64,000 nucleotides of DNA from Longimicrobiales bacterium. GTDB lineage: Bacteria > Gemmatimonadota > Gemmatimonadetes > Longimicrobiales > Gaopeijiaceae. Of this stretch, positions 29,294-37,283 are shown one piece after another. Position numbers and translations under genes: made by a program. Within the stretch, counting starts at the first letter, position 1; each line of letters opens with the position of its first letter. The notes below the pieces were generated by a model, which was not told where the DNA came from, did not search any database, and was given only the letters and a program-made list of their open reading frames with translations. Where the stretch lies: assembly GCA_965204735.1 (NCBI GenBank), contig OZ242008.1, positions 896,001 through 960,000 of the forward strand. Direction: 5' to 3'.

Positions 29294-31210
29294 CTAGCCT
29301 AGCCCGTCCCGCGCGCCGCGCCCGCGACCTTGCCGCTCCGCCCGGTACCAGTCCTGCCGCAACCAGTCCGCCAGCAGCCCGATCTCGTCGTCCGTCAGGA
29401 CGCCGTCGCGGGCGAACGCCGGCATCCGGTCGTTGCGCTCGCCGTAGAACGTCGGGTGCGCGGGGTCGCCGATGATCCCGAGCAGCCATTCCCTCGACCC
29501 GTAGCCGGTCAGCGCTGGACCCCGCGGGACGTCCACGACGCCCTGGAACTCGTGGCATTCGGTGCAGCCCATCGACTGAGAACGGATCAGCGCCTCGCCC
29601 TCGGCAATCTCGCTTCGGTCGGCGGAATCGGCTGCTGCCTGATAGGACAACGCCGCCTGCGCCGACAGCGCCTTCACCACCTTGGCCAGGTCCTGCTGCT
29701 GCCCGTGGTCGAACCCGGCGACCCGGCGCTGCACCATGCGCACCATGCGTCCTCGGGCGAAGGCGGTGCCGCCGAAGTACTCCGGCGTCGCGACCCGCAC
29801 CGGGTCCAAGAGGCCCGCGACCCACTCTCGGCTGGCGAATCCGTTCAGGTCCGGGGCCGTCGGCGGCTCGGCCAGCGCGCGGCCGCGGCCGTCGTGTCCG
29901 TCGAAGGCGTGGCAGCTGGCGCAGCGCTCTGCGAACAAGCGCGGCCCACGGGTCGACGGGTCGCTCCGCAACATGGCCAGGGCGCCGGCCGGCGGAATGC
30001 CCTGCGGTCCCAGCGCGAGCTCGACGGCTCGGGCCGCCTCGGCGCGGGCGTTCTCTTGGGCGAACACGAATTCGGGGTCCTGTCGGTCTTGGCGGTAGGC
30101 CTGCCAAGTGAGCAGCGCCGCTCCGATCAGGACGGCGGCGCCCACGCCCAGGTTGAAGCGGTGGCCCAGGCGCCACCGGCCCGCCACGGGCATCATCGCC
30201 ACCAAGCCCAGCACCAGACCGGGGATCGCGATGGCGCCCAGCACCTCCGTGCCCGCCGGGAAGTACTTGAGCCACTGGAAGAGGAACATGAAGTACCACT
30301 CGGGGCGGGCCGCGGCGTACGGCTCGCTGGGGTCGGCGGGCGCTCCCAGCGTCGGACCTCCCGACAGGGCGACCAGCAGCAGCACGGCCGCCATCACCGC
30401 CAAGCACGCCACGGCGTCCCGCAACGCCTGGTCCGGCCAGAAGACTCCGTCCGGCGGGGCGCCGCGCCCGGCTACGGCACGGTCTTGGCCGCCCCCCGAC
30501 TCGGCGCCAGTCTTGGCCGCGGCGCGGTCCCGGCCGACCCGCCTTCGCGCCGCCGGCTTCGCCGCCGTCAGGCCGTGTCGCCGGAAGAGGAAGACGTGCC
30601 CCGCCACCAAGAGCACGAGCGCCCCCGGCAGCACGCCGGCGTGGAGCGCGAAAAAGCGGGTCAGGGTCAGGTGGCCGTAGTCGGCGCCGCCTACCAGCAC
30701 CTTCTGCAGGGCGGGGCCGATCACCGGCGCGACCGAGGCGATGCTGGTCGCCACCTTGGTGGCCCAGTAGCCCTTCTGGTCCCACGGGAGCAGGTAGCCC
30801 GTGAGCAGCAGCCCCAGCACCACGTGAAGCAGCGCCAACCCGAACCAGAAGTTGACCTCGCGCGGCGCCCGGTACGCGCCGTCCACGACGACCTGCATCA
30901 GGTGAAGGACCAGCAGCACCACGGTGGCCTGGGCCATGTAGTGATGGATGCCGCGAAGCAGCCAGCCGCCCGCCATGACGTTCTGCACGTAGTGGACGCT
31001 CTCCCACGCGCCCTGCGCATTGGCGCTGTACGCCGCCCACAGCGCCACGCCGGTCGCGAACTGCACGACGATCGCGAACGCCAGCGTGCTGCCCCACACG
31101 TACCGCCACCGCGCGCCTCCCGGCACCGGTTCCACCAAGAGCTTGCGCAGAAGCTCCCGGTACCCGGTCCGGTCGTCCAGCCAAGCCAAGACCGGCTTTG
31201 CGAAGCTCAC
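29294..31210 (-). CDS. Cytochrome b fused to a di-heme cytochrome c domain
   Basis: GWLLRGIHH, GYLLPWDQ, TRFFALH, PEWY, then CASCH and CTECH. Confidence 0.9.
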   Translation of the reverse strand: MSFAKPVLAWLDDRTGYRELLRKLLVEPVPGGARWRYVWGSTLAFAIVVQFATGVALWAAYSANAQGAWESVHYVQNVMAGGWLLRGIHHYMAQATVVLLVLHLMQVVVDGAYRAPREVNFWFGLALLHVVLGLLLTGYLLPWDQKGYWATKVATSIASVAPVIGPALQKVLVGGADYGHLTLTRFFALHAGVLPGALVLLVAGHVFLFRRHGLTAAKPAARRRVGRDRAAAKTGAESGGGQDRAVAGRGAPPDGVFWPDQALRDAVACLAVMAAVLLLVALSGGPTLGAPADPSEPYAAARPEWYFMFLFQWLKYFPAGTEVLGAIAIPGLVLGLVAMMPVAGRWRLGHRFNLGVGAAVLIGAALLTWQAYRQDRQDPEFVFAQENARAEAARAVELALGPQGIPPAGALAMLRSDPSTRGPRLFAERCASCHAFDGHDGRGRALAEPPTAPDLNGFASREWVAGLLDPVRVATPEYFGGTAFARGRMVRMVQRRVAGFDHGQQQDLAKVVKALSAQAALSYQAAADSADRSEIAEGEALIRSQSMGCTECHEFQGVVDVPRGPALTGYGSREWLLGIIGDPAHPTFYGERNDRMPAFARDGVLTDDEIGLLADWLRQDWYRAERQGRGRGARDGLG

Positions 31211-31911
31211 GCGACGGGCGTCTTGTTCGGCGTCCCCGGCCGAAAGTTCTGGAAGCGGACCCACACTTCGCCGCCGTCCCGCACCTCGACGTCCAGCGCG
31301 TCCAAGCCTCGCGGGCTGGGGCTGGACGGATCGTTCACGGCCCCGTCCAGTCCGAAGCTGCTCTTGTGGCAGGGGCACACGAACCGGGACCGGTCGGCGG
31401 CCAGCGTCACGAAGCACCCCGCGTGAGGGCAGACCACGTTGAACGCCTTGACGCCCGCCGCGTCGCTCCGCCCGGCCGCATCGGGCAAGTTCTCCGCGTC
31501 CGGCCCGTCGTCCGTGCCCTGGGTCGTGCCGCCCCCGCTCTCGAGCCGCCGCAGATAGACTGCCCCCACGGGCACGCTCGCGAAGGTGTTCCAGGCGTCC
31601 ACGCGGCTTGCGACCACCGGGAACTTGCGCGGCGCCCCGTCGTCCGGCAGCGCCGACAGCGTCGTGACTCGCACGAACCCCGCCTCCCTGCGTCGTCGGC
31701 GCAAGGGGTCCAGGGCGACACGCAGCCCGGACCAAAGGGGCGCCAGCAGAGCGAGCCCGACCGCTCCCGCTGCCGCCGCGCCCGCCAGGAAGCGCCGCCG
31801 GGCTGTCGAGCCGCTGGAATCCGCCATCTGCTCTCGGTCAACCCTCTGGGACGCCGTCCTACCCTCCCGCGCTCCGCCGGGGTCGTCGGCACTGGGGCGG
31901 GAAGAGGCCAT
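31207..31911 (-). CDS. Rieske 2Fe-2S protein (Tat)
   Basis: RRRFL, CPHAGC, CPCHKS. Alternative start at 31827. Confidence 0.9.
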   Translation of the reverse strand: MASSRPSADDPGGAREGRTASQRVDREQMADSSGSTARRRFLAGAAAAGAVGLALLAPLWSGLRVALDPLRRRRREAGFVRVTTLSALPDDGAPRKFPVVASRVDAWNTFASVPVGAVYLRRLESGGGTTQGTDDGPDAENLPDAAGRSDAAGVKAFNVVCPHAGCFVTLAADRSRFVCPCHKSSFGLDGAVNDPSSPSPRGLDALDVEVRDGGEVWVRFQNFRPGTPNKTPVA

Positions 31912-32336
31912 GTGGGTTCCCTGCTGAAGGATCGGGGGTCGAAAGAGGCGGGTCGGAACTCGGCGAGCTGCCTGCGCAAGGAAGGCGCCTGTGGACAGCG
32001 TTCTGCGAGCACGCAAGATATTGGTCCCGGCGGTCGCGGCGGGCAACATCCCGGGCCGTCGTCGCCACGACGTCGACCTGCGCATCGGACGTGCCGTCGC
32101 CGAACGCCAGGACGCGCCGGCTTGGGGGGACGTCGGCCCGGCGGCGGCGGGAGGCGGCCAAGGCCCGGGCGGCTGTTCCCCGCACTCGGTTCGGCCTATC
32201 ATGTATCCGTCGGCGTCGCCCCCGCGCCCGCGGACCGACTGCGATCACCGCTTGCACGAGGACGGCTCGATGAGCGTCGCCCCTCGCGCCCCGCGGACCG
32301 ACCACCTGCCACGCACAGCCCCCAAGGGACCCGCCA

Positions 32337-35300
32337 ATGATCAGGATCGCGCGCCTCGTCGCCGTCGCTGCCGCCGTCGCAACCACCTCACTGGCAGGAC
32401 TCGCGCCGCCCGCGCCCGGCAGCGCCCAGAGCGCGAGCAGCGCCGACAGCCCGAACGCCTACCCGGAGAGCCTCTTCGCCGGATTGCGCTACCGCTACGT
32501 GGGGCCGTCGAGGGGAGGACGGGTCACGGCCGTGGCGGGACACCGGGCGCATCCGTCCACCTTCTACATGGGGGCCACCGGCGGCGGCGTCTGGAAGACG
32601 ACCGACTACGGCCACGTCTGGCGGAACCTCTCCGACGGCTACTTCGCCACTGCGTCCATAGGGGCGATCCGGGTCGCCGACTCGGACCCCAGCGTGGTCT
32701 ACGTCTCCACGGGCTCCGACGGCATCCGCAGCAACGTCATCATCGGCACGGGCGTCTACAAGTCCACCGACGCGGGAGAGAGCTGGCGCCACATGGGCTT
32801 GGAGCGGACGGGCAACACCGGCGCGATACTGATTCACTCCGAGGACCCGGAGCTGGTGTACGTGGCGGCGATCGGCAACCCCTTCGCGCCGAACCCGGAG
32901 CGGGGCGTCTACCGAAGCCGCGACGGCGGCGACAGCTGGGAGAACGTCCTCTTCGTCTCCGACAGCACGGGCGCGGTGGACCTGGAGTTCGCGCCCGACG
33001 ACCCGTCCACGATCTACGCCAGCATGTGGCGCGGCGAACGCAAGCCCTGGACGATCATCTCCGGGGCGATGGAGGGCGGGGTCTACCGCTCCACCGACGG
33101 CGGCGACAGCTGGGAGCAGGCCACGGCCGGCCTCCCCACCGGCCTTCGCGGCAAGTCGGACTTGGCGGTGAGCGCCGCAGACCCGGACCGGGTGTACGTC
33201 CTCATGGAAGCGCCGGCCGACAGCGGCGGCGTCTTCCGTTCCGACGACCGGGGAGTCACGTGGCGGCACGTCTCGGACTTCGGCCCCATCCGCACCCGCG
33301 CCTTCTACTACACCAACCTGGAGGCGCACCCCACCGACCCCGACGTGCTCTGGGGAATGACCGAGGGCCATTGGATGTCCACCGACGGCGGCGAGAGCTG
33401 GACCGCCCAGCCCACGCCCCACGGGGACAACCACGACATGTGGATCAACCCGGACAACCCGGAGATCATGGTCCAGTCGAACGACGGCGGCGCGAACGTG
33501 TCGCTGGACGGCGGCGAGACCTGGTCCACCCAGTACAACCAGCCCACGGCCGAGCTCTACCAGGTCGACGTCTCCGACGACTTCCCGTACCGGCTGTACG
33601 CGGGCCAGCAGGACAACTCGACGATCTCCGTGCCCAGCCTTCCCGAGCGTTCCGAGCCCGGCGGTCCCCAATCGGCGTGGGAAGCCCACGGCGGATGCGA
33701 GACCGGTCCCGTGGTGCCCAAGCCCGGCGACCCGGAGATCGTGTACGCCAACTGCAAGGGCCGGTTCGGGCTCTACAACCGGCGGACGGGACAGGAGAAG
33801 CAGTACTACGTCGGCTTTGCCAACCTGTACGGCCACAACCCGAGGGACCTGGAGTTCCGCTTCCAGCGGGTGGTGCCGATCCACGTGTCGCCTCACGATC
33901 CGAACAAGGTGTACCACGGCTCCCAGTACGTGCACGTGACCACCAACGGGGGAGAGCTCTGGGAGACGATATCTCCGGACCTGACCGCGTTCACGCCCGA
34001 GACTCAGGTCGTGTCGGGGACGCCGATCACTCTCGACGTGACCGGCGAGGAGCACTTCTCGGTGCTCTACGACATCCAGGAATCGGTGCTGGAGCCGGGC
34101 GTGATCTGGGCGGGCGCCAACGACGGCCCGGTCCACGTGACTCGCGACGGCGGCGAGAACTGGGCGGACGCGACTCCGCCGGGGATCGGCCCCTACGGGC
34201 GAGTGCAGACGATCGCCGTGTCCCACCACGATCCGGCCAAGGCCTACGTCGCCGTCCTCCGCTACCAGCTGGGCGACTTTGCGCCGTACGCCTACCGGAC
34301 CAACGACTACGGCGCGAGCTGGACGCGCATCACCACCGGCGACAACGGCGTCCCCGGCGATCATCCCGTGCGGGTCCTGCGCGAGGATCCGGAGAGGGAG
34401 GGCCTGCTTTACCTGGGAACCGAGTTCGGCGTGTTCGTGTCCTTCGACGACGGCGGCCGCTGGCAGCCCTTCCAGCTCAACCTGCCGGTCACCCCGATCA
34501 CCGACATGAAGGTGGTGCAGGGCGACTTGGCGCTCTCCACGATGGGACGCGGCTTCTGGATACTCGACAACCTGACGCCGCTTCACTCCTTGGACGCCGG
34601 GACGGCCGACGGCGGCGCTCACTTCTTCCCGGTGCGCGACCCCTACCGGCACCGCTACGGCGGCGGTGGCGGCGGGCGCTTCGGTCGGCGGGCGCCCCAC
34701 TTGCCCGAGTACCCGCCCGCGGGCGCCAACATCGACTACGTGTTGCCCGAGGGGGCCGCAGGGCCGTTGACGCTGGAGATCGTGGACGCGGACGGGGCCG
34801 TGGTGCGCTCCTTTTCCAGCGACGCTCCCGGCGAGTACGAGGTCCCGGCCGAGCCCGGAATGCGGGAGTGGCGGCTGGAGCGCTTCGGCACGCCGCGCCT
34901 GCCGGTTGGCCCCGGCGCTCACCGCTTCGTCTGGGACTTGGCCTACCCGGGGCCGTGGGACGCGAACCCGAACCGCTCGGGGCGCGGCGGCCCCATGGTC
35001 CCGCCGGGCGCCTACACGGCGCGCCTGACAGCTGGCGAGTGGAGCGCAAGCCAGAGCTTCGACGTGCGGATGGACCCGCGAGTCGTGGACGAAGGCGTCG
35101 GCGCGGCCGAGGTGCGGCGGCAGGTCCACTTGGCGCTCCAGGTCCGGGACGCCCTGAGCGACGCCCGCCTGGCGGTCCGTCGCATCGGAGAAGCCCGGGA
35201 GCAGGGCGGCGGCAGCCTCTCCGCCGAAGTGGAGGCTGTCGAGCGCGAGCTGGTCACGGCTCCGATCCGCTACTCCCGTCCCATGCTTGTGGACCAGCTC

Positions 35301-35453
35301 CAGTACCTGTACGGCAACCTGACCCGCGCCGACCAGGAGCCGGGCCAGGACGCGGTCCGCCGCTACGAGCAGCTCGACGCCGCGCTGCAGGAGCACGTCC
35401 GCGCGCTGGAGCGGCTGCTGCGGGCCACGGTGTCGGACGGGAGCCCGGAGTGA
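32337..35453 (+). CDS. Secreted BNR/VPS10-repeat glycosyl hydrolase-like protein
   Basis: GPSRGGR; many SxDxGxxW Asp-boxes; HGDNH; NDGG. Confidence 0.9.
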   Translation: MIRIARLVAVAAAVATTSLAGLAPPAPGSAQSASSADSPNAYPESLFAGLRYRYVGPSRGGRVTAVAGHRAHPSTFYMGATGGGVWKTTDYGHVWRNLSDGYFATASIGAIRVADSDPSVVYVSTGSDGIRSNVIIGTGVYKSTDAGESWRHMGLERTGNTGAILIHSEDPELVYVAAIGNPFAPNPERGVYRSRDGGDSWENVLFVSDSTGAVDLEFAPDDPSTIYASMWRGERKPWTIISGAMEGGVYRSTDGGDSWEQATAGLPTGLRGKSDLAVSAADPDRVYVLMEAPADSGGVFRSDDRGVTWRHVSDFGPIRTRAFYYTNLEAHPTDPDVLWGMTEGHWMSTDGGESWTAQPTPHGDNHDMWINPDNPEIMVQSNDGGANVSLDGGETWSTQYNQPTAELYQVDVSDDFPYRLYAGQQDNSTISVPSLPERSEPGGPQSAWEAHGGCETGPVVPKPGDPEIVYANCKGRFGLYNRRTGQEKQYYVGFANLYGHNPRDLEFRFQRVVPIHVSPHDPNKVYHGSQYVHVTTNGGELWETISPDLTAFTPETQVVSGTPITLDVTGEEHFSVLYDIQESVLEPGVIWAGANDGPVHVTRDGGENWADATPPGIGPYGRVQTIAVSHHDPAKAYVAVLRYQLGDFAPYAYRTNDYGASWTRITTGDNGVPGDHPVRVLREDPEREGLLYLGTEFGVFVSFDDGGRWQPFQLNLPVTPITDMKVVQGDLALSTMGRGFWILDNLTPLHSLDAGTADGGAHFFPVRDPYRHRYGGGGGGRFGRRAPHLPEYPPAGANIDYVLPEGAAGPLTLEIVDADGAVVRSFSSDAPGEYEVPAEPGMREWRLERFGTPRLPVGPGAHRFVWDLAYPGPWDANPNRSGRGGPMVPPGAYTARLTAGEWSASQSFDVRMDPRVVDEGVGAAEVRRQVHLALQVRDALSDARLAVRRIGEAREQGGGSLSAEVEAVERELVTAPIRYSRPMLVDQLQYLYGNLTRADQEPGQDAVRRYEQLDAALQEHVRALERLLRATVSDGSPE

Positions 35454-35564
35454 CGTCTGCCGTGCCGGCGTCTCGCGCTTGCTGCCGGACGTGCGCGAGG
35501 GGCTGTTGGTGAGACAAGGTTCCGGCACATGGGCGACGAGTACTCGATCCTGTCCGAGAATCGA

Positions 35565-36338
35565 ATGAGACCGACAACGCTGTTCCTTGCGTGGCAGGAC
35601 AAGCGTGAACGGAGATGGTTTCCGGTGGGCAGGCTGGATGCCGATGGAGGACGTTCGCAGTACGTCTTCCGCTACACGCATGGTGCCGGCATCGCGAAGC
35701 GAGACAGCGGATTCGCCCCTCTGTACGACTTTCCTCGTCTCGAGGACGTATACGAATCTCGTCGTCTGTTCCCGCTGTTCGAGAATCGAGTCATGAACCG
35801 GGGAAGAAGAAGCTTTCGAGACTACCTCGAGCTCTTGGCCATCGAGAACCCCGACCCGGACCCATTGGAGATCTTGGCGATTGACGGGGGACGCCGAATG
35901 ACCGACAACTTCGAGGTGTTTCCGAAGATCGAGAAGAGCGACGACGGTGAGTTTCGTTGCCGCTTCTTGCTCCATGGCTCCCGGCACGTCAGCCGTCCGG
36001 CGCAGGAGCGGCTGCTCAGGCTGGCGGAAGGAGAACGGCTGCACGTGGCCCTCGAGCTTACCAATCCGGCCATGCCACTCGCGGTCCAGCTTCAAACCGA
36101 AGACTACCACATGATCGGGTGGGCGCCTCGATACTTGGTCGCCGACTTGGCCGAGGCGATGGCTCACGCCCCGACCGAGTACAAGGCCAATGTGGTCAGG
36201 ACCAGCACAGAGGCGCTGTTCAAGCACAGCGTGTTGATCGAACTGAGCGGCTGCTGGCCCGAAGAGCACGAGCCCATGTCGTCCGAGAGCTATCAGCTGC
36301 TGGGCGGGGACGAGGAGGACGCGCTTCCATGGACCTGA
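35565..36338 (+). CDS. HIRAN-domain protein with HipA-N-like N-terminus
   Basis: LFLAWQD...WFPVGRL...FRY; LFPLFENR; IGWAPRYL. Confidence 0.75.
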   Translation: MRPTTLFLAWQDKRERRWFPVGRLDADGGRSQYVFRYTHGAGIAKRDSGFAPLYDFPRLEDVYESRRLFPLFENRVMNRGRRSFRDYLELLAIENPDPDPLEILAIDGGRRMTDNFEVFPKIEKSDDGEFRCRFLLHGSRHVSRPAQERLLRLAEGERLHVALELTNPAMPLAVQLQTEDYHMIGWAPRYLVADLAEAMAHAPTEYKANVVRTSTEALFKHSVLIELSGCWPEEHEPMSSESYQLLGGDEEDALPWT

Positions 36339-37105
36339 AGCTCCAAGGCAAAGTCGCCGCCGTGACCGGGGCCAGCCGAGGGCTGGGCTTCGCGATCGCG
36401 CGTTCTCTGGCGCAGGAAGGCGCGACGCTGGCGATCTGCGCCCGCGACGCTGGCGGGCTGGAGGCTGCCGCCGAGAGGCTTCGCCAGACGGGCGCCCAGG
36501 TGCTTGCGGTCCCGGCCGACGTCGCCGAAGGGGCCGCCGCCGGGCAGTTCGTGACGGCCGCCGCCGAGCGGTGGGGCAGGTTGGACGTGCTGGTCAACAA
36601 TGTGGGCGGCAACCGTCGCGGCACGTTCGAGCAGACGACCGACCAGGACTGGCTGGAGATTGTCGAGCTCAACGTCTTGTCGGCGTTTCGGGCCAGTCGC
36701 AGCGCCATTCCCTGGATGCGGAAGGAAGGCGGGGGCGCAATCGTCTTCGTGTCGTCGGTCTTCGGACGGGAGAAGGGCGGTCCGGGGCTGTCGGTCTACA
36801 ACACGACCAAGTCGGCGCTCATCTCCGCCGCCGGCATCATGGCGCTGGAGCTTGCTCCCGAAGGCATTCGCGTGAACTGCGTCGCCCCCGGCTCCATACG
36901 GTTCGAAGGGGGCAGCTGGGACAAGCGAGTCAAGGCGGATCCGGAAGGAATGAAGAAGTTCGTCGAGGCGAACCTGCCTCTTGGACGCTTCGGCCGGGCG
37001 GAAGAGGTGGGCGACATGGTGGCGTTCCTGGCGTCGGACCGGGCCAGTCTGATCACGGGAGCATGCGTTCCCGTGGACGGTGCCCAGGGAAGGTCGCTGG
37101 TGTAG
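36329..37105 (+). CDS. SDR oxidoreductase
   Basis: TGASRGLG, NNVG, YNTTK. Confidence 0.92.
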   Translation: MDLKLQGKVAAVTGASRGLGFAIARSLAQEGATLAICARDAGGLEAAAERLRQTGAQVLAVPADVAEGAAAGQFVTAAAERWGRLDVLVNNVGGNRRGTFEQTTDQDWLEIVELNVLSAFRASRSAIPWMRKEGGGAIVFVSSVFGREKGGPGLSVYNTTKSALISAAGIMALELAPEGIRVNCVAPGSIRFEGGSWDKRVKADPEGMKKFVEANLPLGRFGRAEEVGDMVAFLASDRASLITGACVPVDGAQGRSLV

Positions 37106-37107
37106 CT

Positions 37108-37132
37108 CTAATCTAACCTAACCTAACCTAAC
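37108..37132. repeat. CTAA(C/T) pentamer x5 at the island boundary
   Basis: ctaatctaacctaacctaacctaac. Confidence 0.95.
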
Positions 37133-37283
37133 TTGACAGCACGTTACGCTCCCTCCGTTGGCGGATGGACAGGTCGCAAGGCGCTCAGGCCCGCGTCCAA
37201 CGATTGCCGATCAGGTACTGCGAGGATCCGCGACTCCAGGACCTCCCAAACATCGCCGGCACGGGCCCTGCGACTCGCCCAGA

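Noticed and set aside
31930..32330. Small gene between the Rieske and hydrolase genes
   Set aside because: No frame with a convincing RBS or recognisable motif.
32388..36269. Very long antisense or alternative-frame ORFs (also 16331-19084, 28647-31184, 37158-39266, 61905-63920)
   Set aside because: Shadow ORFs of high-GC genes; Arg/Gly/Pro-rich with no family motifs.
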